This document shows positions 37,209 to 46,206 of a DNA stretch of 54,277 nucleotides, one piece after another. The DNA is from a virus (Duplodnaviria > Caudoviricetes), in the IMG/VR virus record IMGVR_UViG_3300028025_005704, positions 1-54,277 of that record; one strand, 5' to 3'. The position numbers and the translations under genes were made by a program. How positions within the stretch are numbered: position 1 is the stretch's first letter; each line of letters starts with the position of its first letter. The notes beneath the pieces were generated by a model. It was not told the DNA's origin. It was given only the letters and a program-made list of their open reading frames with translations, and did no database searches.

Positions 37209-37739
37209 CTATCTTTCCCGTGGCGGCTGATCAGGCTCTACAACGTAGACCTGTTCCCCAATTGCATAGCGGTGTACATCTGTAGTAATGTAGTTAATTT
37301 TGTGCCCGTAGTCCTCAGTGGCAGGGAAGTAAAGCAAGCTTCCGGCAGGGGGCTTTACAGTGAAGTTCTGCTCAACAAAGTTAAGTTCTCCACCCTCATA
37401 GTTGTCGTTGATGATAACTGTCGCACTAAAAACGCAACGCTCGTCCTCGTATTTACGCGCGTAGTGAGGAGCAATATCGGTGACATCACCTGGCTCACGG
37501 CGTTGTATCTTGTTAAAGCTTCTGATTACATATTCGTTCTCATCAAAGATGTCATATAGACGGTCTTTTAGCTCAGCAGCAAATGGCAGATCATCTATGC
37601 CAAAAGCACTTCTCAGTCTCTTGTCCCACTCTTCATCAGTAATTGGCTCGCATAGGTTAATAATTGCGTCTCTTTCTTCCTGCGAAAGAAAGTTCTCTAC
37701 TAGAAAGATTCCAGGGTGTACTTCGATAGGGGCGTCCAT
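37209..37739 (-). CDS. Fe(II)/2OG enzyme with HxA facial triad (candidate halogenase)
   Basis: PHYA in place of HxD; INDNYEGGEL.F, distal H (YGHK) and R (HRY) retained. Confidence 0.75.
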   Translation of the reverse strand: MDAPIEVHPGIFLVENFLSQEERDAIINLCEPITDEEWDKRLRSAFGIDDLPFAAELKDRLYDIFDENEYVIRSFNKIQRREPGDVTDIAPHYARKYEDERCVFSATVIINDNYEGGELNFVEQNFTVKPPAGSLLYFPATEDYGHKINYITTDVHRYAIGEQVYVVEPDQPPRER

Positions 37740-37785
37740 TATTTAGTCCTAAGGTATGGGAGATGTTCTACCTCAATTTTACCGC

Positions 37786-38466
37786 TTATTCAGGACCTTG
37801 TTCAGTAGCTGCGTCCACTATATTCTTTACGGTTGTCGGATGCCATTTACGGCCATTCTGCGTAGGGATTTCGTCTTTGTTAAGGGCGTCTGCTATTTCG
37901 CGGTAGGACAGTCCTTTTATCCTCAAGCTCAGGATTCGATCCTTAACTTCCAACGGAGTCTTATTCTTCGGCCCCATGTCCACACCCCACACAACTCCGC
38001 GGTCACGACGGTCCTTGTGCACATCCTTTTGACGAGCGGCAATAATGCCACGCTCCATCTCCGCGAGCGCCGACATCACCGTCACAACGAAGCGTCCCTG
38101 GTAAGTTGAAGTGTCTAGGTTAAGGTCCAGCATGATTAAGCGCCAACCACCTTTGTTAGCCCTATCCACAATGTCCAAGAAGTCTGTTGTACTTCTAGCC
38201 AATCGATCGATTCTAGTAACGATAAGGGCGTCTGCTTCTTTTTGCTCAAGTGCCTTCAACGCAGCTGTCAACGCAGGGCGTCCAGTAATCGATTTACCAG
38301 AGCGACCCTCCTCGCGCACCAACTCCCACGAATCAAACCCGTGGAACTCAGCAGCAGTAATTAACTGTCTCTCCTGCACGTCCAACGAAACACCTTCATT
38401 AACCTGCATCGATGTACTTACTCGGGCATAGAGAAGAGCTTTGCCAGGATTGGTAGGGGCGTCCAT
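37786..38466 (-). CDS. Serine recombinase (resolvase domain plus recombinase domain)
   Basis: LYARVST, SG, RPAL, RIDRLARS, LAEMER; C-terminal GLSYREIADALN...WHPTTV. Confidence 0.92.
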   Translation of the reverse strand: MDAPTNPGKALLYARVSTSMQVNEGVSLDVQERQLITAAEFHGFDSWELVREEGRSGKSITGRPALTAALKALEQKEADALIVTRIDRLARSTTDFLDIVDRANKGGWRLIMLDLNLDTSTYQGRFVVTVMSALAEMERGIIAARQKDVHKDRRDRGVVWGVDMGPKNKTPLEVKDRILSLRIKGLSYREIADALNKDEIPTQNGRKWHPTTVKNIVDAATEQGPE

Positions 38467-38473
38467 TACTTCC

Positions 38474-39052
38474 TCACGAAAGAGCCATTGACTCTACATC
38501 AGTTATCCATAGGGGAAGGGTGTACCTATGTTCAGTAATTTTTGAAACAGCATGCGTACCGCTCCCCTGAGAAAGAAACATCACAAGGTCACCAGCAGAG
38601 GGGCTATACGAGTAGTCTGTTTCGACAAAAGAGAGCTCTCCGCTATCTGACAAAGTGTTTAAGTAGATCACTGCACTATATTTGAAGTGCATATTCAACC
38701 CATTGTCGGTGTCTTCGTGGCGAGGGACAGTAGATCCGGGGTAATGCTTAGCTGCCCAAAAAGAGCAAACATATAGATCTCCAGTATCCTCAAAAGCTTT
38801 AGAAACCTCAGCAATCGCTCGAGAGAAGTAGCCGTAAATAAGCTCGCGTTTTTCATCCACAATGGCGAGGGTGTGGTGGGACGTGTGCTCATGGCACTTA
38901 TCTTTCCCAAACTGCAAGGCAAGTCTTTTGCCATCTTGATAGACCGCAAACTTATCTAGCTCGGTCTTTTCAAGATGGTTAATGTAGTCAATCATCATTT
39001 CAATTTCTGGCTCTTGGATGAAGTTTTTGATGACTTTAATAGGTGCGTCCAT
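38474..39052 (-). CDS. Fe(II)/2OG dioxygenase (P4H-like)
   Basis: HED...YLN....GEL.F...HAV...RY. Confidence 0.88.
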   Translation of the reverse strand: MDAPIKVIKNFIQEPEIEMMIDYINHLEKTELDKFAVYQDGKRLALQFGKDKCHEHTSHHTLAIVDEKRELIYGYFSRAIAEVSKAFEDTGDLYVCSFWAAKHYPGSTVPRHEDTDNGLNMHFKYSAVIYLNTLSDSGELSFVETDYSYSPSAGDLVMFLSQGSGTHAVSKITEHRYTLPLWITDVESMALS

Positions 39053-39221
39053 TACTTTCTGCTATCTAGGTACGCAATCAAATCTTCGGAATCAAAGTGG
39101 TCCCGGATAATCCACGGCTCTTCAGGATCCCCCATAGTCGTACGATTCTCTTCAATCCATGCTCGAATCGCCGCGCGCTCATCTTCCTTACCTTCGTTGT
39201 AAGACTTAATCCTATGTTCTG

Positions 39222-39452
39222 TCATCTTAGGTTCCTCTTGGTAATGGCGTCTATTATTTGGTTTTTTACCTCCACCACATCTGGATTAGCAGAGAAGGGG
39301 CGGATCTTCATAATGGCGTCTATTATTTCTCGTCGCTCCTCCAGAACCAACTTCCGACGAGCGGTCTTGGACTCGCTCCACATCCCCAAAGTGATTACGG
39401 TAAAGCCCACGCAGGCAATGATCAGGATAGGGATAAAGGTAAGGGCGTCCAT
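39222..39452 (-). CDS. Small membrane protein
   Basis: Start MDALTF; N-terminal TM segment. Confidence 0.5.
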   Translation of the reverse strand: MDALTFIPILIIACVGFTVITLGMWSESKTARRKLVLEERREIIDAIMKIRPFSANPDVVEVKNQIIDAITKRNLR

Positions 39453-39497
39453 AATTACCAGTCTACTACTCATGGGGAGAGCAGATAGAATAGAGGG

Positions 39498-40178
39498 ATG
39501 GAGATAATCGACCACGGAAACGACATCATCGAATACCGAGATGCCATAGAGAACCCTTACCAGGTAATAGCCAATATCAACGAGCTTGACACCAATAGGG
39601 GCGTCTACGATGTTCTACCCCAGTTCAACGACTGGGCAGAGGGATATGTCCAACCAGACGGCGTATGGCGAGCTGTCAACGTAAAAGGCAGGAACAAGAT
39701 CATTCGCTGGTCTGAAACCCGCGACCGCGCAGATTTAAAGCAGATACGAGAGTTTGTTTCCGAAAAGGTCTTAGACCCGATCTGGATCCCTTTTAAGGCG
39801 TCAATCGAACACTACGCGAAAACTGTAGGAGTAGAAGTTCCCAAGTACATAACTAAGAACATCGATATCCGAGTCTACGCAACAGGAGAGAACCTAGGCC
39901 CCCACACTGACACAAACCACGACGGCCCATTTACTCACCACAGTCTTGTTATCTACCTAAATGACGACTACGAAGGTGGCGGACTTCACTTTATAGATCA
40001 CGGGCTAACCATTAAACCAAAGGCCGGAAGCATCGTGGCTTTCCCAGCTACAGCCCTTCACGAGTCCATTGCTGTCACCTCGGGCAATAAGTGGCACAGC
40101 CCCTGCTTCTGGTACGGGGATGTATCCACCGTGAGCTCAGGAAAAGAGCAGCTTGACTCCAACAGGTTTATTGAATAG
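39498..40178 (+). CDS. Fe(II)/2OG dioxygenase (P4H-like)
   Basis: HTD...YLNDDYEGGGL.F...HES...K. Confidence 0.88.
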   Translation: MEIIDHGNDIIEYRDAIENPYQVIANINELDTNRGVYDVLPQFNDWAEGYVQPDGVWRAVNVKGRNKIIRWSETRDRADLKQIREFVSEKVLDPIWIPFKASIEHYAKTVGVEVPKYITKNIDIRVYATGENLGPHTDTNHDGPFTHHSLVIYLNDDYEGGGLHFIDHGLTIKPKAGSIVAFPATALHESIAVTSGNKWHSPCFWYGDVSTVSSGKEQLDSNRFIE

Positions 40179-40232
40179 CCACTGCCAAGCAAAAGAAAAC
40201 CCCTCCCGAAGGAGGGGCTTTCTTGTTTGGTG

Positions 40233-40997
40233 TTAGTTATTTGTTTCGATGATTCGGGTGTATGTGACCTCAACGTTGCCGTTGCCTTTTGCCCAGCGGC
40301 TAATAGACGTGATTTCTGTCTTGTCGCCTCTTTTACCGCCAGAGTGAAGCATCTCATCTGGTCCGGTATAGATTGCTGTGTGGAAGGCTCTGCTTGATCC
40401 CCTGTAGGTGAAAGCCACGATGTCTCCGATTTTCGGTTCAGTAACAAAATCTCCCGAGTTTTTCTGTACTGAAGCGCTGTGATATAGCGTTATGTCGAGA
40501 TGGCCGTATAGCCAAAGCACAAGACCCGAACAGTCCCATGCGTCGGGGGTAGACCCACCCAGTACATACCAGGTTTTTCCGACATATCGCTTGGTTAAGG
40601 CAACTGCCTTATTGAGGTTCTTGGTATCTTCAGCGACCTTCTCTAGTCGAGCAATCTCTGCTTCCAATTCCTCTTGTTTAAGCTCAGCGTCAGACTTAAA
40701 CTTATCCTTCTCTGCCTTCTCCCGGGCCATCCACTCCATAGATCCCATTTCAGGTTCGCCAATCTCTACGATAGGGCCAGCTTTCAAGGAGGTTACCTTG
40801 ACTGGACCAGATAGAGTGGCTACCTCTTTAATTGGATAGCTGATCTTTGGTTCCTGGGCAGTTCTTACTTGTGTTACTTGTGATACTTGTGTTGCTTGAT
40901 CCACCGTTGCACTTGCTCGGGCGGGGGTTCCAAACGGGGGTTTGGTACCTGTAATCATTACTAGCACTAACGCACTAATTGCAATGAGCTTTTTCAT
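40233..40997 (-). CDS. Secreted NlpC/P60 peptidoglycan hydrolase
   Basis: Signal peptide; coiled coil; YVLGG.TP..WDCSGLV, GDIVAF, HTAIY. Confidence 0.9.
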   Translation of the reverse strand: MKKLIAISALVLVMITGTKPPFGTPARASATVDQATQVSQVTQVRTAQEPKISYPIKEVATLSGPVKVTSLKAGPIVEIGEPEMGSMEWMAREKAEKDKFKSDAELKQEELEAEIARLEKVAEDTKNLNKAVALTKRYVGKTWYVLGGSTPDAWDCSGLVLWLYGHLDITLYHSASVQKNSGDFVTEPKIGDIVAFTYRGSSRAFHTAIYTGPDEMLHSGGKRGDKTEITSISRWAKGNGNVEVTYTRIIETNN

Positions 40998-41154
40998 TGG
41001 CAGCCTACCTTTCAGAATTTGAATACCTTAGTACTCGGCTGTTTATTGTCAAAGTGACATTGGTTCTTATATTCAGTTATGCAAAAACCCTAGTTCACGA
41101 CTCGCGTCCTGCTCAAAGGGTACTAATATTTTACCACGAATTGGGGTGTGAGGG

Positions 41155-41409
41155 TTACTTTTTACGCTTAAATGTAGCAGGCTTTAGGCTTTTTAGCTTA
41201 TTTACCCAAGGCTTGTCAGCATACTTGAACCACTCGTAGGTGAAGATACAGGCAGCTATCAGAAGCCCTAGAGACTCCGCCTGGACGATGTAGTAGGTAG
41301 AAGGATCTACTAGGTAGGTCTCCCACGGGAAGTTGTAGTAAACAACAGGGAAGGCAATTAAGTTGCCAAAAACCACGGAGGTTACGATGCTTTTGTAGAT
41401 ATTAGTCAT
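41155..41409 (-). CDS. Membrane protein
   Basis: Two hydrophobic segments; TTGACA promoter at about 41461. Confidence 0.55.
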   Translation of the reverse strand: MTNIYKSIVTSVVFGNLIAFPVVYYNFPWETYLVDPSTYYIVQAESLGLLIAACIFTYEWFKYADKPWVNKLKSLKPATFKRKK

Positions 41410-41568
41410 TTCATCTCTTTCTTTAAGTGATAGTCAAACAGTACAAGATACTTTAAGGCTTGTCAAGTTGAAATGTCAAATTCATCGTACAAACTTAATC
41501 CTAAGTTTATACGGCATTGATTGAAATATAGCATATTCTAGACATTCGAACAGCTGTTCGGAACGGGG

Positions 41569-41868
41569 CTAGATCCCGCATTCTGTAAGGCATTCGATGC
41601 GAACAACCGGAGAAGTCCGACGATTGGTCACAGCATCCTCATCGGCAGGTGTTTCTGAAGTCCAAATGAACATAGCACCGCCAACTTCGGCTACAACAGA
41701 GATAAAGTCAAACCACTGGTTGTCTTTACGCATTTCATTGGCTTCAGGGCCAGGGTTGCGCTTAGCTCTTTTGGTGTCATAGTCGATTAGGTACGAGCTG
41801 CTTTCGGTAGTTACCTTGAACATACCGCTAGTTGTGTTAGCTAGGCTAGTTTGATTAGTTGAACTCAT
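41569..41868 (-). CDS. Conserved-looking actinophage protein (...RRTSPVVRI)
   Basis: VTT.SS.YLID and RRTSPV motifs; leaderless start. Confidence 0.55.
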   Translation of the reverse strand: MSSTNQTSLANTTSGMFKVTTESSSYLIDYDTKRAKRNPGPEANEMRKDNQWFDFISVVAEVGGAMFIWTSETPADEDAVTNRRTSPVVRIECLTECGI

Positions 41869-41884
41869 AGATACATTCTATCAA

Positions 41885-42289
41885 CTAGTCAAAATAGTGA
41901 TGAACGTATCCGTCGCCCTCACACTCTAGGCACTCAGGATCGATGCTTTCTTCCTCCCCGTCCGGGTTACAGGTTTGGCAAGAGATATAAGCGCTAGTTT
42001 TTTGGGAGATATAAGTATCTTCAGTGCCTTCCCAAGGCTTGTCTGATATGTACCAGCCAAAGGTAGTCCAGCAACAGGATCCCTGGAATAGGTGGGCACC
42101 ATTGGTAACCATCTCATCTTCACAGGTTGAATGAGCTGTCCACACTAGGTGGGGGTCAACCTGCTGGATTACACCCCAGTTTTCGTCAGTTTTATCTAAC
42201 CACTGACCAGTACCATACTCATTAAACCATTCTTCATACCACTCGCGGTAATCCTCAACCGTTGGCTCGGTGGACTCGATATCGCTCAT
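41885..42289 (-). CDS. Hypothetical protein with Zn finger
   Basis: CQTC...CLECEGDG. Confidence 0.55.
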   Translation of the reverse strand: MSDIESTEPTVEDYREWYEEWFNEYGTGQWLDKTDENWGVIQQVDPHLVWTAHSTCEDEMVTNGAHLFQGSCCWTTFGWYISDKPWEGTEDTYISQKTSAYISCQTCNPDGEEESIDPECLECEGDGYVHHYFD

Positions 42290-42420
42290 TTAGCATCAAC
42301 CTTTCGATGAATCATCCTTAGCGTTCTTATTACGCTTAATGTTTTCAATCTCAAGCATAGCGGTAAGGGCGAGGAGGCCAAGAAGGCAGATAGAGCTTAC
42401 CAGCATAAGAAACATCTCCA

Positions 42421-42669
42421 TTACTTAGTCTTCTTTCCGTTCTTGACGATTGGTTCGATGTCCTCAACCTTAGGCTTAATCTGACGCTCATACTCGATAC
42501 CACCGTACGCATCTACGAACTGGTACATCCACTCCATGCCAGTAGTGGCGTGAGTCATAAGATCAACGATGTGGCATTTGTTGTCAGCGCCAAAGTCTCG
42601 ATCCAAAGTATTCTTCAGAGCCTGAGTGACTACCGCAATAAACTCGTCTGTTGTTAGGTACTTATCCAT
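42421..42669 (-). CDS. Hypothetical protein
   Basis: ORF track. Confidence 0.5.
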   Translation of the reverse strand: MDKYLTTDEFIAVVTQALKNTLDRDFGADNKCHIVDLMTHATTGMEWMYQFVDAYGGIEYERQIKPKVEDIEPIVKNGKKTK

Positions 42670-42781
42670 GTCTATCTTTTACTCCGATCCATTTAGATTT
42701 ACACACAGGGCACTCATACCAACCCAGTGGCATTTTAATTAGCTCCGTTGGAGCGCAGTTCGAGCATTGCACTGATATCTC

Positions 42782-43372
42782 CTAACCGATGTACTCTAAA
42801 GTACCAGCTACCACAGCCTCGGTCAATTTCTTATTTGCCCTGAGATCAACCTCACGCCAGTGGCCTTCACCTTCATAGTAGAACAAGTCAGCCTTCTGAT
42901 CCTGGTACCAACCGATTTCCATGGGTGGAATAGGGGTCGGATCTTCTTCAACAACGACAGTCGAGTCCAATGTTGCAACAGATTTGTCCTCTAACCTAGC
43001 ACCATACTCATCCGTGACTACTGGCACTGCCTTAGGGTCGAGCTTCTCCCATTTACCAGCCTTACAAACTTCAGTCTTCATTACATAGATAATGCCATTT
43101 TTCTTGCGAAGCTGGATAATGTCATTATCAGCAGTAGCAATCTTGGTTGCCCAAGAGTTAACAGCATCGATTGCAGTGGGCATGGCCGTACCACTACGAG
43201 GAGACATAGCTACCCAGTCCGAACCATTCCATACACCTACGTCACCAACGCTAGGGGCCGACATTCCAGCATGCAGGTGTACACCAGAACTAGTGCCGAT
43301 ATCCATACCGCGGTGAGTAGTTACAAACCGACCCAACAGATCGCGCTTGGTCACCTTAAAGGTCTTCGCCAT
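42782..43372 (-). CDS. Hypothetical protein with adjacent HRGMD and HLH motifs
   Basis: THRGMDIGTSSGVHLH. Confidence 0.5.
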   Translation of the reverse strand: MAKTFKVTKRDLLGRFVTTHRGMDIGTSSGVHLHAGMSAPSVGDVGVWNGSDWVAMSPRSGTAMPTAIDAVNSWATKIATADNDIIQLRKKNGIIYVMKTEVCKAGKWEKLDPKAVPVVTDEYGARLEDKSVATLDSTVVVEEDPTPIPPMEIGWYQDQKADLFYYEGEGHWREVDLRANKKLTEAVVAGTLEYIG

Positions 43373-43550
43373 CTTCTACCTCCACAAAATCAAAGATCTG
43401 CTTCTTTAAACGATCGCGCAGTTTGCTGGCATACGAGCTAGCGTCCCACATCTGAGTGTTGCCATAGTGAATCTCTGCAAGCTTTAGTGCAGTCAATAGT
43501 CGGTACACATCGTCCTGTGGGATATCAATGTTTACTAGTTGCTTAGTCAT
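43356..43550 (-). CDS. Hypothetical protein
   Basis: TAATG-coupled to the subtilase. Confidence 0.5.
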   Translation of the reverse strand: MTKQLVNIDIPQDDVYRLLTALKLAEIHYGNTQMWDASSYASKLRDRLKKQIFDFVEVEDGEDL

Positions 43551-44758
43551 TATCTAACCCTTACGGTCAAACTTGGAAGTCCAGTGCCTTTCGAACCAAC
43601 AGCACTAACTCGATAGTATCCAGTAATCGGAACATCAGCAAACGTATCAGCGGTAGTGGTGATCACTACAGTTTTCCAAACGCTACCGTTTGCACTGCTT
43701 TCTACCTTGTAGCCAATAATGCCAGAGGTACCAGCATTAGTCGGAGCCTTCCATGAAAGCCTGTATCCAGCAGTTCCCTTGCTTGCAGCTACAGTAGTTG
43801 GTTTTGCAGGAACTGTTGTAGCTACAACTACTACTGGAGCAGGTGCAACTACTGGTGTATCAACTACAACAGGAATTGGCTTAGGTGTAGAGACATCACC
43901 AAGGAACGCAGTGCTAAGCAAGTAGTTACCATTCACTGATTTTGCGTCCACTACAGCACCAGCAAGTGCTCCGGTGCGCAAAGCACTGGCAACTTCAGCT
44001 GGCTTGGCAGTCGGGTTCTTTTCTAGATACAAAGCAGCTACGCCAGCTACGTGCGGGGTAGCCATAGAGGTACCAGTCATAGTTTTGTATGCGTCAGGGC
44101 GTTGCCAGTCTTCAGAGTCAATCAGACCACCAGGGGCAAAGATATCTACACACTCACCGAATGCAGAGTTAGTTGTGCGCTGATCATTCTTGTTGATGCT
44201 AGCAACGGTAAACGCGTTTGGAGTTCCAGATGGACTCCACTTACAAGCGTCGGTCATAGTGTTCGAAGCAGCAACAACTGGAAGAATGCCAGCATTGTAT
44301 AGACGATCAATAGCTGCGTCCACGGTCGCACTCTTGCCAACGGTGACGCTAATGTTTACAACAGCAGGGCCTTTGTTTAATGCAATTACGCGATCAATTC
44401 CAGCGACCAAATCCTGAGGATATACAACGCCTCTACAGTCTGCAATTTTGATTGAGACAATTTTTACATTCTTAGCTACGCCAAATTCGGCTGAGCCAAC
44501 GACTCCAGCAACGTGAGTTCCGTGCCCGTGGCAGTCAACGTCACCAGAGGCGCGTCCACCAAAGCCAGGGTCGGTAAGTGCAACACCAGTGTCTAGTACG
44601 TAAGCGGTAACGCCAGCACCAGTGAGGGATACTGAATAGTTGCCATCAACGGCACCATCAATACGGTCTAAGCCCCACGACGATACGGCGGCATAGGCAG
44701 GGACAGCTGTCAGTGTAAGTGAAGCGACTAGGGCTCCAACAATCATGTTTTTCTTCAT
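43550..44758 (-). CDS. Secreted subtilisin-like S8 protease with C-terminal FN3
   Basis: Signal peptide; VLDTG, HGHGTHVAG, GTSMATPHVAG triad; LSWKAP...GYKVE FN3. Confidence 0.93.
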   Translation of the reverse strand: MKKNMIVGALVASLTLTAVPAYAAVSSWGLDRIDGAVDGNYSVSLTGAGVTAYVLDTGVALTDPGFGGRASGDVDCHGHGTHVAGVVGSAEFGVAKNVKIVSIKIADCRGVVYPQDLVAGIDRVIALNKGPAVVNISVTVGKSATVDAAIDRLYNAGILPVVAASNTMTDACKWSPSGTPNAFTVASINKNDQRTTNSAFGECVDIFAPGGLIDSEDWQRPDAYKTMTGTSMATPHVAGVAALYLEKNPTAKPAEVASALRTGALAGAVVDAKSVNGNYLLSTAFLGDVSTPKPIPVVVDTPVVAPAPVVVVATTVPAKPTTVAASKGTAGYRLSWKAPTNAGTSGIIGYKVESSANGSVWKTVVITTTADTFADVPITGYYRVSAVGSKGTGLPSLTVRVR

Positions 44759-44782
44759 GCCTAAACTATAGGCATGTAAAAA

Positions 44783-45319
44783 CTATTTGTCAAGTGCCAA
44801 ATCTATGAATTTATAGAGATCTTCTAAAGTCCCTTGATTAGTAAGTTTTGTAGGGAATTCATAGGTATCTAGGGCACTTTCAGAAGCGTGCTCGTTAGCT
44901 GGGCCAACCCCTGGTCGCTCTATACGCCAAAGCCTGCCACCAGCTTTTTGTATTGCATCCGCCTCGTTGGGGTAGCGAACATCTGTAATGACCGCCTTCA
45001 TTTCAGGAGAAATACTATTCAAAGCAATATTCACCCAAACGTCATCGCCAAACATCTCGCGACCTACTTCAGTCCCCATGCGCTGCATAAGACCACGAAT
45101 GCCTTTACTGGCATCTTTTAGCTGCTCCCACCCCAGTAAGCTCACTGCAGTGGATAGTCTCATGTCATATCCATCGACATCAATTTCTGGGTTAAGTCGG
45201 ACAAGCGCTTCGCGAATAGGATCGGCAAAGGATACTTTAGTAAAGCCGTAGTTTTTTACAAGGTAGTCAGCAATTGTATCTTTACCAGATCTTGCTACAC
45301 CGCTTAGTCCTATAATCAT
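44783..45319 (-). CDS. Deoxynucleoside monophosphate kinase
   Basis: IIGLSGVARSGKDT, FADPIR, MQRMGTEVGR, ITDVRYPNE, HASE. Confidence 0.9.
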   Translation of the reverse strand: MIIGLSGVARSGKDTIADYLVKNYGFTKVSFADPIREALVRLNPEIDVDGYDMRLSTAVSLLGWEQLKDASKGIRGLMQRMGTEVGREMFGDDVWVNIALNSISPEMKAVITDVRYPNEADAIQKAGGRLWRIERPGVGPANEHASESALDTYEFPTKLTNQGTLEDLYKFIDLALDK

Positions 45320-45361
45320 GGCTACAGGCTAGCACAGAATATTAGCTAGATTGCCGATAAC

Positions 45362-46177
45362 TTACTTAAGCCAAGGCTCTAGTAGGGTCTCAACCTCATC
45401 ATCTAGCTCATAGTCAAAGTTTAGGGCAACAGTTAGGCTTGCCAACACTGGAGACATTGTTGATGCTTCGCTAGAGCGTGGGTGCATCTTAGGCAGTAAG
45501 TCGTTGTCAGTTGTGTACTTAGAGTTTTTAGGTTTACCACTCTTGACCAAGTGCAAGAAAGCATTTACACGAGCCATAGCCCATGAGTTGCGGTTTTGAT
45601 CTGGGCGGTGTGAAGTAGAGAAAGCTCCAGCGCCACGGCGATAAACAGCCTTCAACTTAGCAAGAGTAACCTTGCGTCCGTTAGGGGCTTTCTCGTTGTG
45701 GGTAGCAACCTTCTTTTCAAGGCTCTTAGTAATAGAGGCAGTAAACTCAACACCTTTACCAGAACTGGCAGATCCCTTTTTGTTCTTGTCAGAACCTTTA
45801 ATCTGATCTTTTTTAGGGGCTGGTTTAGATCCAGCAGTTGCTCGAACGGCTCTAGGCTTCCCAATCTTTCTCATGTCTAAAATTTCTGCGGGAGCTCCAG
45901 CGCCTCCGCTAGCATTGACAGATCCATCTGGAAGAACTGCAAAGCGACATAGGCCGCCATCTTCTACCTCGGCAACAATAATTGAGCAACCATTAGGTGC
46001 GTTGTAAAAAACGCAGTTTCCGCACTTAACCCCAATAGCAGCGTTTTCTTCGTTCTCTGAAGCAGGGGTGTAGCCAGCCCAGATGCCGGTGTTGTCATCG
46101 TTGAACTTGCCATACTTATCAGCAATAAGTTGCAGGGCATCTGCTAGTTCTTGTTCTTCAGGGATTAGGTTAGTCAT
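45362..46177 (-). CDS. Two-domain hypothetical protein (4-Cys HiPIP-like motif plus basic VYRRG...WAMARVN domain)
   Basis: CGNCVFY...C.I....V...GLC; LKAVYRRGAGAF..SHRP...WAMARVNAF. Confidence 0.55.
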   Translation of the reverse strand: MTNLIPEEQELADALQLIADKYGKFNDDNTGIWAGYTPASENEENAAIGVKCGNCVFYNAPNGCSIIVAEVEDGGLCRFAVLPDGSVNASGGAGAPAEILDMRKIGKPRAVRATAGSKPAPKKDQIKGSDKNKKGSASSGKGVEFTASITKSLEKKVATHNEKAPNGRKVTLAKLKAVYRRGAGAFSTSHRPDQNRNSWAMARVNAFLHLVKSGKPKNSKYTTDNDLLPKMHPRSSEASTMSPVLASLTVALNFDYELDDEVETLLEPWLK

Positions 46178-46206
46178 GTCCTAATTTTACCGCAGATTAC
46201 GCAAAC

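Noticed and set aside
37786-38466. IS607/Tn3-type mobile element or prophage integrase
   Set aside because: No transposase or TnpB, no terminal repeats; too short for a large serine integrase
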